From: Gemmatimonadales bacterium | GTDB taxonomy: Bacteria; Gemmatimonadota; Gemmatimonadetes; Gemmatimonadales; GWC2-71-9 | DNA: 64,000 nucleotides | Assembly (NCBI GenBank): GCA_035702425.1 | Contig: DASSQQ010000087.1 | Span: 12,143-76,142, forward strand | Direction of reading: 5' to 3' | Shown here: positions 7,078 through 16,116 of the stretch, piece by piece | Position numbering within the stretch: position 1 is the first letter of the stretch | Layout of the letters: every line of letters starts with the position of its first letter | Program-made: the position numbers and the translations under genes | The notes under the pieces: model-generated | The model's input: the letters and a program-made list of their open reading frames with translations, nothing else | Databases searched by the model: none | What the model was told of the DNA's origin: nothing

Positions 7078-10000
7078 TCAGCGTCTTCCGAGGTAGGCGC
7101 GCACCATCGGCGCCGGGCGGCCGCGGACCAGAGCGGTGCGGAGCGCGGGAGCGTCGTCGGGAGAGACGTCCACCAGGAACGCTTCCCCTTTCCCGCCGCC
7201 CCCTTCCCCCAGTTTCACGGCGACCGGGATCCCGTCGCGATAGAGAATCCGGTTCGACGCGATCGCCGTCACCGGCTCCCCCGGCGTGATGATGCCGACC
7301 AGGTTGAGCGGGTCCGCCGCCGAGAGCACCACGATCTCGCCCAGTCCCCCATCCCCGATCCCGGCCTCTCGCCTCACCGACCGCAGCAGCCCCACCGCCT
7401 CGCTCAGCGCGTACTGCTCGCCCGAGAATCCGCCGACGAACCGCCCGCCCCGGATCTCGCCCCGCGCTTCGAGCCGGCGGAAGACGCGCAGCACGTCGCG
7501 CCACGGCGGCAGCACGCTCTCCCGCTCGACCAGGCGCCGGAACACCACGCCGTAGCGCCGGAGCAGCTGCCAGGCCACCGCCTCCGCCAGCTGATCCTCG
7601 GGGAGGAGCGACGACTTCCCGGCGAGCGACCAGCGCCCCGCGGTGTCCACGCCGAACGGCGCGACCTTCCCGCGCCGCCGCCGGAGATTCCCCACCGGGC
7701 GCCGGCGGTCGGAGGGCACGAGGAGCGCCCGGAGTCCGGAGAAGCTGTCCGAGGTGACCACGCCCCACGACACCAGCTCGCCCAGCCCTTTCTCCACTTC
7801 GGTGCGGAGGAGTCCGGTGGCGTTGACGAGGTCGCCGAAGAACGACGCGCCGCGTTCCCGGAGCGCCGCGAGCAGGGCGGCCGCTGAATGACTGAGAGAC
7901 AGCTGGTCGAGATCGGGTGGCGTGGCCAGTGCGCGCCATACGGCGCCTCGTTCCCGGCGGAACAGGGCGATCCGCGTCGACCTGATCGGTCCCGCCTTCC
8001 AGTTCCCCGTTCCTCGGTCGGCGGTCCGCGTTGTCTCCAGCTTCCCCCACGCGACTTCGCCGGAAAGACAGAGCCCATCGAGCCACAGCGGATCGTATTC
8101 CGCCATCCGCGCCGGGAGGACGTCGGTCTCCCACGCGGCGGCGGGAAGTTCGTAGCCGTCCAGCAGATCGAGCACCGCCGCGAGCCCCTCCGGCCCCTCG
8201 GCGCGGGTCGCGGGCGACACCCGCTGCCACCGGAACAGGAAGCGCATGAAGTCCGCCGCGGTGACGGGCTCGATTTCCTTGCGCAGGCGGTCCAGGGTGT
8301 AGCGGTGAATCCGGGCGAGCAGCCTCCGCTCGCACCACTCGACTCCCTCCCGCCCGGGCGTGAACCGGCCCCGCAGCACGAACCCCTCGTGCTCGAGCGC
8401 GCCCAGGCCGAAGGTCACGTCGCTCTCGGCAAGTCCGAGCGCGGCGGCGATCTCGGCCACCGTGGTGGGCCCGACGATCTCGAGCCGGCCCCGCACCAGC
8501 TCCCGGATCGCGTCCTCCCGGGTCCAGGTCTTGGCGCGTTCCCGCTCCGGCGCGAGGACGCCCGCCGGCTCCCAGGTCACGCCGGGATACGCCGCCTCCG
8601 CGAGCGGCAGCCGCTCCGCCGCGACCCAGAGCCCGGGCGCGACCTGCAACCGCGCGGCCCGTCCCGCGCCCACCAGTTCGGCGAACAGGGCGCCCCATTC
8701 CGCGCTCCGCGCCCCCCGTTCCGCGCTCCACGTTCCGCGTTCCGCGTTGGGTATCGCCCCCGCCACCATCAACGCGTCGTGCAGCTCGTCCGCGTTTTCG
8801 GGATCGGGCCACGCTTCCTCTTTCACCCGGAGGATCGCGTCCGTGTCGAGCTTCCCGAACTCCTCGGCGGTCTTCACGTCGAGCGAGCGCCGGGTCACCA
8901 CCGCCTGGGTCCGCCGCTCCTCGAGCGGCGCGTCGTCCAGGAAGGCGTAGGGCTTGGCGTTCAGCACTTCGTGCGCGAGCGGTGACGGCTCGGTCACGTC
9001 CCGCGCCGCGAGCCGCACTTCCCCCCGCTCCATCCGCTCCAGCACCTGCACCAGGCCCGCGAGATCCATCGCTTCGGTGAGGCAATCGTGGATGGTCTGC
9101 TGGACCAGCGGGTGATCGGGAATCTCGCGATCGCCCACCAGATTTTCGGGACAGGCGAGCTGGTCGGGGAAGACCGCCGCCGAGAGATCCTCGGCCTGCA
9201 TCCGCTGGAGCGGCGTGGGGACCTTTTTCCCGCCGAGGCTGCGCAGCACCGCGAGCGCGCGGGTCGCGTTCCAGCGCCAGCGGCTCTGGAACATCGGCGC
9301 GTCGAGCATCGCCTGCACCAGCAGATGCTCGGCGGTCTGCGGCTTCAGGTACTGGAACACGTCTTCCAGCGCGAACGAATGATGGGGCCCGAGCGAGATC
9401 ACGATCGCGTCGTCGGTCGCCGCGGCCTGCAGCTCGAAGTTGAAGGACCGGCAGAACCGCGTCCGCAGCGCCAGCCCCCACGCCTTGTTCACCCGGGCGC
9501 CGAAAGGCGCGTGCAGGACCAGTTGCATCCCGCCCGCCTCGTCGAAGAAGCGCTCGAGGACGATGGACTCCTGGGTGGGAATGAGGCCCAGCGTTTTCTT
9601 CGTCGCCCCGAGGTACTCGACCAGCTGCCGGCCCGCCGCTTCCTGCAGTCCGGTCTCGCTCTCCAGCCAGGCGATGGCGCCGCGCTGGTCGTCGAGCCGG
9701 GTGTCCAGATCGGCGCGGAGCCGGGAAACTTCTTCGGAGAGCTCGACGGTGCGCGCCGGCGCTTCGCCCAGCCAGAACGGGATGGTGGGCGGCTGGCCCT
9801 GCGCGTCCGCCACCCGCACCTGCCCCGATTCGACCTTGGTGATCAGGTACGACGCGTTGCCGAGCTGGAAGATGTCCCCGGCCGAGCTTTCGATGGCGAA
9901 ATCCTCGTTGAGGGTGCCGACGAAGGTCTCGGTGGGCTCGAGGATGACGCGGTAGTCGCCGATGTCGGGAATCGCGCCGCCGGAGGTGATCGCGGCGAGC

Positions 10001-11448
10001 CGGGCCCCGCGCCGGGCCCGGAGCCGGCGGTTCACGCCATCATAATGAAGGTGGGCGCCGCGGCGGCCCCGCTTGGTGGTGAATCCCTCGGCCAGCATCT
10101 GCACCACGCCGTCGAACGTCGGGCGCGCGAGGTCGCGGTAGGGATACGCGCCCCGCACCATCGCGTAGAGGTCGTCCTCGCTCCACTCCTCGCAGGCGAC
10201 CGCCGCCACGATCTGCTGCGCCAGGATATCGAGCGGCCGCTCCGGAATGATCAGCCGGTCGAGCCGCCCCGCCCGGACCCCGCGGAAGAGCGCCGCGCAC
10301 TCGAGCAGGTCGTCCCGCGACAGCGGGAAGAGCCGCCCCTTGGGAATGGCTTCGAGGTGATGGCCGGAACGCCCCACCCGCTGCAGCAGGGTCGCGATGG
10401 CGCGCGGAGTCGAGATCTGGCAGACCAGGTCCACCGTCCCGATGTCGATGCCCAGCTCCAGCGACGCCGTCGCCACCAGCGCCTTGAGCTGGCCGCCCTT
10501 CAAGCGCGTCTCCGCGTCGAGCCGCTTCTCCTTGGAGAGCGATCCGTGATGCGAGGTGACGAACTCGGCGCCGATCCGCTCCGAGAGATGCATCGTCAGC
10601 CGCTCCGCCATCCGGCGGGTGTTCACGAACACCAGCGTGGTGCGGTGCTCGCCGATCAGCTGGGCCAGCCGGTCGTAGATCTCCTCCCACACTTCGTGCG
10701 CCATCACCGCTTCCAGCGGCGACGACGGGATCTCGATCGCGAGATCGAGCTCGCGCGCGTGCCCCGCGTCCAGGATTTCGGGGAGCGGGCGCCCGGCGCC
10801 GACCAGGAACCGCGCGATCTCCTCGATCGGCTTCTGGGTCGCCGAGAGGCCGATGCGCTGCACCGGCCGGCTGGCGAGGGCCTGCAGGCGCTCGAGGGTG
10901 AGCGTGAGGTGGCTCCCCCGCTTGTCGCGCGCCACCGCGTGGATCTCGTCCACGATCAGGGTGCGCACCGAGCGCAGCATCTCCCGCGCCCGCTCGGAGG
11001 TGAGGATGAGGTAGAGCGACTCCGGCGTGGTGACGAGGATGTGCGGCGGGCGCTTCAGCATCTCCTGCCGCTCGGCCGCCGGCGTGTCCCCGGTGCGGAC
11101 CAGGGTCCGGATTTCGATTGCCGGAAGGCCGAGCTGCGCCGCGCTCTGCGCGATCTCGGCCAGCGGCTCGGTGAGGTTCTTCTGGACGTCGTTGGAGAGG
11201 GCCTTGAGCGGCGAGACGTAGACCACCTGGATCTCGTCGGTCAGCGTGCCGGCGAGCGCCTGGCGGAGCAGCGAATCGATGGCGGCGAGGAAGGCCGCGA
11301 AGGTCTTGCCCGCGCCGGTGGGCGCCGCGATCAGCGCGTCTTTCCCCGCCTGGATGGCGGGCCAGGCGCGGCGCTGCGGCTCGGTGGGCTCGCGGAAGCG
11401 CTCGCCGAACCACTGCGCGACGGCCGGATGAAACCCCGACAAGGCCAT
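7078..11448 (-). CDS. lhr: Lhr-type large ATP-dependent DNA helicase
   Basis: 1456-aa ORF. Walker A motif AAPTGAGKT, a DEIH box, a helicase C domain and the long C-terminal extension typical of Lhr. It contains two in-frame heptamer tracts. Confidence 0.9.
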   Translation of the reverse strand: MALSGFHPAVAQWFGERFREPTEPQRRAWPAIQAGKDALIAAPTGAGKTFAAFLAAIDSLLRQALAGTLTDEIQVVYVSPLKALSNDVQKNLTEPLAEIAQSAAQLGLPAIEIRTLVRTGDTPAAERQEMLKRPPHILVTTPESLYLILTSERAREMLRSVRTLIVDEIHAVARDKRGSHLTLTLERLQALASRPVQRIGLSATQKPIEEIARFLVGAGRPLPEILDAGHARELDLAIEIPSSPLEAVMAHEVWEEIYDRLAQLIGEHRTTLVFVNTRRMAERLTMHLSERIGAEFVTSHHGSLSKEKRLDAETRLKGGQLKALVATASLELGIDIGTVDLVCQISTPRAIATLLQRVGRSGHHLEAIPKGRLFPLSRDDLLECAALFRGVRAGRLDRLIIPERPLDILAQQIVAAVACEEWSEDDLYAMVRGAYPYRDLARPTFDGVVQMLAEGFTTKRGRRGAHLHYDGVNRRLRARRGARLAAITSGGAIPDIGDYRVILEPTETFVGTLNEDFAIESSAGDIFQLGNASYLITKVESGQVRVADAQGQPPTIPFWLGEAPARTVELSEEVSRLRADLDTRLDDQRGAIAWLESETGLQEAAGRQLVEYLGATKKTLGLIPTQESIVLERFFDEAGGMQLVLHAPFGARVNKAWGLALRTRFCRSFNFELQAAATDDAIVISLGPHHSFALEDVFQYLKPQTAEHLLVQAMLDAPMFQSRWRWNATRALAVLRSLGGKKVPTPLQRMQAEDLSAAVFPDQLACPENLVGDREIPDHPLVQQTIHDCLTEAMDLAGLVQVLERMERGEVRLAARDVTEPSPLAHEVLNAKPYAFLDDAPLEERRTQAVVTRRSLDVKTAEEFGKLDTDAILRVKEEAWPDPENADELHDALMVAGAIPNAERGTWSAERGARSAEWGALFAELVGAGRAARLQVAPGLWVAAERLPLAEAAYPGVTWEPAGVLAPERERAKTWTREDAIRELVRGRLEIVGPTTVAEIAAALGLAESDVTFGLGALEHEGFVLRGRFTPGREGVEWCERRLLARIHRYTLDRLRKEIEPVTAADFMRFLFRWQRVSPATRAEGPEGLAAVLDLLDGYELPAAAWETDVLPARMAEYDPLWLDGLCLSGEVAWGKLETTRTADRGTGNWKAGPIRSTRIALFRRERGAVWRALATPPDLDQLSLSHSAAALLAALRERGASFFGDLVNATGLLRTEVEKGLGELVSWGVVTSDSFSGLRALLVPSDRRRPVGNLRRRRGKVAPFGVDTAGRWSLAGKSSLLPEDQLAEAVAWQLLRRYGVVFRRLVERESVLPPWRDVLRVFRRLEARGEIRGGRFVGGFSGEQYALSEAVGLLRSVRREAGIGDGGLGEIVVLSAADPLNLVGIITPGEPVTAIASNRILYRDGIPVAVKLGEGGGGKGEAFLVDVSPDDAPALRTALVRGRPAPMVRAYLGRR
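7949..8034 (-). repeat. Degenerate heptamer element, copy 1 in lhr (in frame)
   Basis: The coding strand reads aacgcgg accgccg accgagg aacgggg aactgga aggcggg accgatc ... ctgttccgccgggaacg. It shares the terminal GGCGRAACAGGGCG and ..CCGCGTTG ends with the 8676-8750 copy. Peptide: [30 protein letters not shown]. Confidence 0.6.
8676..8750 (-). repeat. Tandem heptamer element, copy 2 in lhr (in frame)
   Basis: The coding strand reads aacgcgg aacgcgg aacgtgg agcgcgg aacgggg ggcgcgg agcgcgg aatgggg cgccctgttcgcc. The first 31 nt match the imuB copy's left arm at 28 of 31 positions. The peptide [25 protein letters not shown] has a 7-aa period. Confidence 0.75.
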
Positions 11449-11534
11449 GCTCGAATATAAGCTGCGGCCCGCGACGCAACCCTTTCGCCGGCCGGCGCAT
11501 CAGACCGTAGGTAACCCCTGCAAACGAGGGCACT

Positions 11535-12848
11535 ATGACCCGCTACTCCCGGCGTCCCCTCGCGCTTGCAGCCGTCCTGGCGCTCACCACTTCACCTCTC
11601 ACCGCGCAGCTCGATACCGCGGCCGGCGCGCAAGCGCTGGCGGAATTCGCCGCGGCCTGCGCCAGGGACGGCGGTGCCCTCTGGGGCCGGCCGCTCTGCG
11701 GCCCGCTGTCCCTGGTCGATCCGGCCACCCGCGCGGTCATCGCGAATCAGCCCGACTCCAATCATCTCCTCACGGCCTCGGGGTCGGTGTACGTGGGCCC
11801 GCTGCCGGCGGGCATCGTTCCCTCGAACACCGCGGTGACCTGGGGCGGCGTGCATTGGGCGATGGTGATGCTGCCCCTTCCGGCCGACCGCTTCTCGCGC
11901 ATCGAGCTGCTCGCCCACGAATCGTTCCACCGCATTCAGGCGGAGCTCGGACTTTCCTCGCCCGACGCGTCGAGCCCGCACCTGGACGAGCGGGATGGGC
12001 GGGTGTGGCTGAGACTCGAGCTCCACGCGCTGGCCGCGGCGCTCTCGTCCGGCGGATCGAGCGCCCGTGACGCCGCGCGTGACGCGCTCCTCTTCCGCGC
12101 CTATCGGCTCTCCCGCTACCGCGGCGCCGATTCCCTCGAGGCCAGGCTCGAAACGCAGGAGGGGCTGGCCGAATACACCGGCGCGAAGCTCGCCCTCGCC
12201 GCGACCGGCCTCTCCGACCAGCGTCTCGCGACCGAGCTCGCGGACTACGAAGGGCGGCCGACCTACGTCCGCTCCTTCGCGTACGCCACCGGTCCCGCGA
12301 TCGGGCTCCTGCTCGACCGCTACGCGCCGGATTGGCGAACCCGGGTCCGGCTGCGCCACGATCCGGCGGGCCTGCTCGCGCAGGCGCTCGGCTTCCGCGC
12401 CGACGACGGCCTCGAGCGGGAAGCGAAGTCGGCCGCGCGCGCCTACGGCGCGCCGGCGGTGATGTCCGCGGAAGACTCCCGCGCCACCGAGCGCGCCACC
12501 AGGCTCGCTGCGTACCGCGCCCGGCTGGTGGACGGACCGGTGCTGGTGCTGAAGCAGCGCGACCTGGGCTTCACCATGGACCCCAACACCCTGGTCCCCC
12601 TGGGCGACGCGGGCACGGTCTATCCGACCGGGACCTTCAAGGCCTCGTGGGGAACGCTCCAAGTCTCCGAGGGCGGCGCGCTGGTGAGTCCGGACTTCAC
12701 GAGCGTCGCGGTGGCCGCGCCCGCGGATACGGCGGGACAGACCCTTGCCGGAAACGGCTGGAAGCTGGAGCTGGCGTCGGGGTGGGTGGTGCGCAGGAGC
12801 GCCGGACACGCCGGCAGCTACGAGGTGGTGGCGGCCCAGCAGCCGTAG
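11535..12848 (+). CDS. Secreted hypothetical protein with HExxH motif (putative metalloprotease-like)
   Basis: 437-aa ORF with an N-terminal signal peptide (LALAAVLALTTSPLTAQ) and an HESFH motif. I recognise no closer family. Confidence 0.6.
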   Translation: MTRYSRRPLALAAVLALTTSPLTAQLDTAAGAQALAEFAAACARDGGALWGRPLCGPLSLVDPATRAVIANQPDSNHLLTASGSVYVGPLPAGIVPSNTAVTWGGVHWAMVMLPLPADRFSRIELLAHESFHRIQAELGLSSPDASSPHLDERDGRVWLRLELHALAAALSSGGSSARDAARDALLFRAYRLSRYRGADSLEARLETQEGLAEYTGAKLALAATGLSDQRLATELADYEGRPTYVRSFAYATGPAIGLLLDRYAPDWRTRVRLRHDPAGLLAQALGFRADDGLEREAKSAARAYGAPAVMSAEDSRATERATRLAAYRARLVDGPVLVLKQRDLGFTMDPNTLVPLGDAGTVYPTGTFKASWGTLQVSEGGALVSPDFTSVAVAAPADTAGQTLAGNGWKLELASGWVVRRSAGHAGSYEVVAAQQP

Positions 12849-14063
12849 CTACGCCAGCGCGGCCTCGAGTGAGGCGCCGCGGCTCGCGGCGATCCGCTCG
12901 ATCGTTTCACCGATCTTGTTGTTGGGGGTGGAGGCGCCCGCGGTGATCCCCACGCGCAGGGGACCCGGGGCGAGCCACCCCTTTTCACGCCGCTCCTCCT
13001 TGGCGCCGGAGGGCTGGAAGCGGATCGTCCCCGCTTCGGGGTCGATGCAGGCCGCGTCCTCGATGTGATAGGTCGGCACCCGGCCCTCGCAGATCGCGGC
13101 GAGGTGGGTGGTGTTGCTCGAGTTGTACCCGCCGATCACCACCATCAGGTCGAGCGGCTCCTCGATCAGCTTCAGCACCGCGTCCTGGCGCTCCTGGGTG
13201 GCGGAGCAGATGGTGTCGAAGGTGCGGAAGTGCTGGGCCAGCGCCTCGCGGCCGAAGCGCGCCGCCATGCTCTTTTCGATCTCGCCCGCGATGGCGAGCG
13301 ACTCGTTGGAGAGCATCGTGGTCTGATTGGCGACGCCGACGCGGGAGAGATCGCGGTCCGGATCGAAACCCGGGGAAGCCGCGCGCGCGAACTTCTCGAG
13401 GAATGCGTCCCGCTGGCCCCGCCCCTCGATGTACTCGCACACGACTCGCGCTTCCGCCATGTCCCGCACCACCACGTAGCGGCCGCCGGGATACTTGGTC
13501 ACCTGGCTGGCGGTGGCCTTGGTCTCTTCGTGGTAGTACTTGCCGTGGATGATCGCGGTGTAGCCGTCCTTGGCGTAGGCCTCCACCCGCTTCCAGACGT
13601 TGAGTACCGAGCCGCAGGTGGTGTCCACCAGCACGCACCCCAGCCCCCGCAGGCGCTCGAAGGCCCGCACCGTCACGCCGAAGGCGGGGAGGAGTACCAC
13701 GTCGTCCGGGGTGACGCCCGAGAGGTCGAACTCGCCGCCGTCGGGCCGGTGCAGGAACCGCACGCCCATGGCCTCGAGCTTGGCGTTCACGTGCGGATTG
13801 TGGATGATCTCGCCCGCGAGGAAGATCCTCTTGTCGGGAAACTTGGTGCGGGTCTCGTACGCGTACTCGACCGCGCGATCCACGCCGTAGCAGAACCCGA
13901 ACTCGCGCGCGAGACGGAAGGTGAGATCGCCCACGGTGAGCGTGTGGTCCCGCGCCCGCACCGCGTCCACCACCCGGCTGTGGTAATCGGCGACGAGGGC
14001 GCCTTCGATGGCGCCCTTCAGGCCGAAGCCTTTCCGGAAGTAGGTCTGCTCCACGGGGATCAA
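12849..14063 (-). CDS. ispH: 4-hydroxy-3-methylbut-2-enyl diphosphate reductase (long, cyanobacterial/plant-type IspH)
   Basis: The three conserved Cys contexts are present: GFCYGVDRAV, VDTTCGSV and FDTICSATQERQ. The upstream 235 codons of the 639-aa track ORF overlap the real Gfo/Idh/MocA gene, so the likely start is TTG 14063 or GTG 14054, overlapping that gene's stop. Confidence 0.88.
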   Translation of the reverse strand: MIPVEQTYFRKGFGLKGAIEGALVADYHSRVVDAVRARDHTLTVGDLTFRLAREFGFCYGVDRAVEYAYETRTKFPDKRIFLAGEIIHNPHVNAKLEAMGVRFLHRPDGGEFDLSGVTPDDVVLLPAFGVTVRAFERLRGLGCVLVDTTCGSVLNVWKRVEAYAKDGYTAIIHGKYYHEETKATASQVTKYPGGRYVVVRDMAEARVVCEYIEGRGQRDAFLEKFARAASPGFDPDRDLSRVGVANQTTMLSNESLAIAGEIEKSMAARFGREALAQHFRTFDTICSATQERQDAVLKLIEEPLDLMVVIGGYNSSNTTHLAAICEGRVPTYHIEDAACIDPEAGTIRFQPSGAKEERREKGWLAPGPLRVGITAGASTPNNKIGETIERIAASRGASLEAALA

Positions 14064-15124
14064 TCTAGCGGCGTGCCGCGGCCGGCGCGCACCGCGTCGA
14101 GCACGCGCTGGATGGCGAGCCCGTCGGCGAAGCCGGCGGGCGTCCCTTCGGGAACGCCGCCGGCTATCACCCGCGCCAGGTCCCGCGCCACCCGCACGAA
14201 GGAGCGGCCCCACATGTTGTTGGGTTTGGTGCGCTCCCAGAGATCGTCCGCCACGCTGATGTCGGCGAGCGGTTCGCCAACCTGGCCGAGCTCGAGCTTC
14301 GTTTCGCCGGTCAAGACCATCGTCCCGGCGCTTCCCGTGATCTGCGCCGAGTGCCCGCCGCCGTGGTGCGCGGCGGAGGTGAGGATGATGGTCGCGACGG
14401 CGCCGCTTCCCATCCGCAGGGACAGGCTGGCGAAGTCGTCGGCGGTGACGGGATGGGTGGTGCCCGCTTCGTCCTTGCGTTCGCGCACGAAGGTGGCGAC
14501 CCGGCCGGTCACGTGCACCACCTCGCTCGCGGTCCAGAACCGGCAGAGATCGATGAGATGCGACCCGACCGCGCCCAGGATGCCGCCGCCTTCGGCCGCG
14601 TCGAACCACCAGTTCCAGGGCGCGTCCGCCGCCTGGGGCCGGCCGTCGCCGCGCAGGTAGGGGCGCAGCACCAGCTCGATGTGGCGCACTTCGCCGATGG
14701 CGCCGCCCGCGATCAGCTCCCGCACCCGCCGCCGGTTGGGCTCGTAGCGCAGCTCGTGATCGATCCACGCGACCTGGCGCGGCCGGGCCGCGGCGGCGTC
14801 GAGCATCTGCCGCGCCTCCAGGGCGTTCAAGGCGGTCGGCTTTTCACAGAGCACGTGTTTCCCGGCCTCGAGCGCCGCGATCGCCTGCCGGGCGTGCACC
14901 GCGGGCGTGGAAGAAACGAGCACCAGGTCCACCTCGCCCGAGCGGGCGAGACTCTCACCGTCGTCGTAGACGTGGGGAATGCCGAACTCCCGCGCCGCCG
15001 ACTCCGCGCTCGCCCGGCGCGCGCTCGCAATGGCGGTCACCGCCAGCTCGGGCACGAGACGGAGGCCCGGGATCTGGACCCGCCGCGCGAACCCCGCGCC
15101 GATCACTCCGACCCGGATGGTCAC
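14060..15124 (-). CDS. Gfo/Idh/MocA family oxidoreductase
   Basis: 354-aa ORF with an N-terminal Rossmann motif (VGVIGAGFARR) and the VLCEKP motif. Confidence 0.85.
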   Translation of the reverse strand: MTIRVGVIGAGFARRVQIPGLRLVPELAVTAIASARRASAESAAREFGIPHVYDDGESLARSGEVDLVLVSSTPAVHARQAIAALEAGKHVLCEKPTALNALEARQMLDAAAARPRQVAWIDHELRYEPNRRRVRELIAGGAIGEVRHIELVLRPYLRGDGRPQAADAPWNWWFDAAEGGGILGAVGSHLIDLCRFWTASEVVHVTGRVATFVRERKDEAGTTHPVTADDFASLSLRMGSGAVATIILTSAAHHGGGHSAQITGSAGTMVLTGETKLELGQVGEPLADISVADDLWERTKPNNMWGRSFVRVARDLARVIAGGVPEGTPAGFADGLAIQRVLDAVRAGRGTPLD

Positions 15125-15732
15125 GGCTTGGGGGGCGCGCAGGACACGGTGTCGGACGGGACCGGAAGCGCCGAGAACGTCGCGGTCACCTGCAGCCGCC
15201 GCACCGTGCCCATTTCCCGCCCGCTTCCCGCGACCCGCACGTCGAACGGCGCGGCCGTCCCGGTGACCATGACCACGCCGGAGTCCAGGGTCGCGCCGTA
15301 CACGGCGTCACCCTGCTGGTAGCGCACCGAGGCGACCGCGCCGGCGGGCGACGAGGTGTCTCGCGCCGCGAGGAGCGGATAGGTGCCGGCGGCGAGCCCC
15401 GGGCGCACCATCACCAGCGCGCCGTCGCCTTCATGCACGCCGGAGTAGACCACGCCGGCGAGCCCGGTGCAGCGGCGCCCGGTGACGGGCGCGCTGAACG
15501 TGATCGCGTCGTTGGGCGCGCGGACCACCCTCACCTGCACCTCCGCGGCGGAACCCGCGCGGTGGGCGCACGCGGTTCCGAGGACCAGGGCGGCGAGGCA
15601 CGGGGCGCGGGTCAGGAGGCCCGCACTCCGAGCGCCGCGCGCGCGGCTTCCGGAGAAAGGGTGTGCGGCGCGAGCGCGCCCAGGAGACCCGCCGGCAGGG
15701 CGCGCGGTTTCAACTGCTTGCGGTCCACGCAC
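15121..15732 (-). CDS. Hypothetical exported/lipoprotein (start uncertain)
   Basis: The signal-peptide-like segment TRAPCLAALVLGTACA begins only at about 15615. The ATG at 15732 would overlap the thioesterase gene by 121 nt. There is no ATG, GTG or TTG in between. A CTG at 15615 overlaps the thioesterase stop. Confidence 0.5.
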   Translation of the reverse strand: MRGPQAVETARPAGGSPGRARAAHPFSGSRARGARSAGLLTRAPCLAALVLGTACAHRAGSAAEVQVRVVRAPNDAITFSAPVTGRRCTGLAGVVYSGVHEGDGALVMVRPGLAAGTYPLLAARDTSSPAGAVASVRYQQGDAVYGATLDSGVVMVTGTAAPFDVRVAGSGREMGTVRRLQVTATFSALPVPSDTVSCAPPKP

Positions 15733-16073
15733 ACCAGCACCATCCAGCCCTCGGCCATGAGCACCGGGCTCTGGTCCCGCAACACGTCGAAATTGAGGGT
15801 CATGGACTTGGTCCCCACCCGCCCGACGTACGCGGCTACGCGCAGGCGCTCGTCGAGCCGGGCCGGCACGTGAAACTCGGAGTGCACGGCCTTGCGGGGA
15901 AGAAAGACGTCGTAGCGGTCGAAAACTTCCTTATACGCGAGCCCGCAGGCGCGGAACAACTCCGTCTCCGCGATCTCGAAGAACCGGACGTAGGAGCCGT
16001 AGAAGATGATGCCCGCGAAGTCCACGTCCGACCAGCGGACGTATTCCTCGATGACGAAGGGCCCGGGCTGCAT
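15612..16073 (-). CDS. Acyl-CoA thioesterase, 4HBT/YbgC hotdog family
   Basis: 153-aa ORF with the VRWSDVDFAGIIFYGSYVRFFE hotdog-fold signature. Confidence 0.85.
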   Translation of the reverse strand: MQPGPFVIEEYVRWSDVDFAGIIFYGSYVRFFEIAETELFRACGLAYKEVFDRYDVFLPRKAVHSEFHVPARLDERLRVAAYVGRVGTKSMTLNFDVLRDQSPVLMAEGWMVLVCVDRKQLKPRALPAGLLGALAPHTLSPEAARAALGVRAS

Positions 16074-16116
16074 GCCCGGGGAAGCTAGGACGCCCGCGGG
16101 ACCCGCGTAAGTGGAC

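Noticed and set aside
2597-7096. Very long ORFs, such as the 1499-aa + ORF and the 1007-aa - ORF over dnaE2. Similar giants occur at 7055-9481, 9088-11460, 20566-22842, 22022-23740, 24234-26030, 25828-28329, 30140-32311, 35928-37940, 38363-40207, 41170-43686, 43445-45841, 53930-56275, 56132-58891 and 56179-59079.
   Set aside because: Their composition is Arg/Pro/Gly/Ala-rich and low in complexity, and I recognise no motifs. Each overlaps a gene with clear family signatures in another frame or strand. They are the stop-codon-poor shadow ORFs expected at about 70% GC.
1545-8750. The heptamer repeats interpreted as a CRISPR array.
   Set aside because: The period is 7 nt with no spacers, each tract is shorter than 90 nt, and there are no cas genes. 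The architecture is hairpin or tandem microsatellite-like, not repeat-spacer.
14064-14768. The N-terminal 235 codons of the 639-aa ORF containing ispH. Similar 5' extensions occur on ORFs 43457..46840, 60662..62317, 57098..59074 and 34018..35202.
   Set aside because: The extensions overlap neighbouring real genes and are Arg/Pro-rich. Family similarity begins at internal start codons that abut or overlap the upstream gene's stop.
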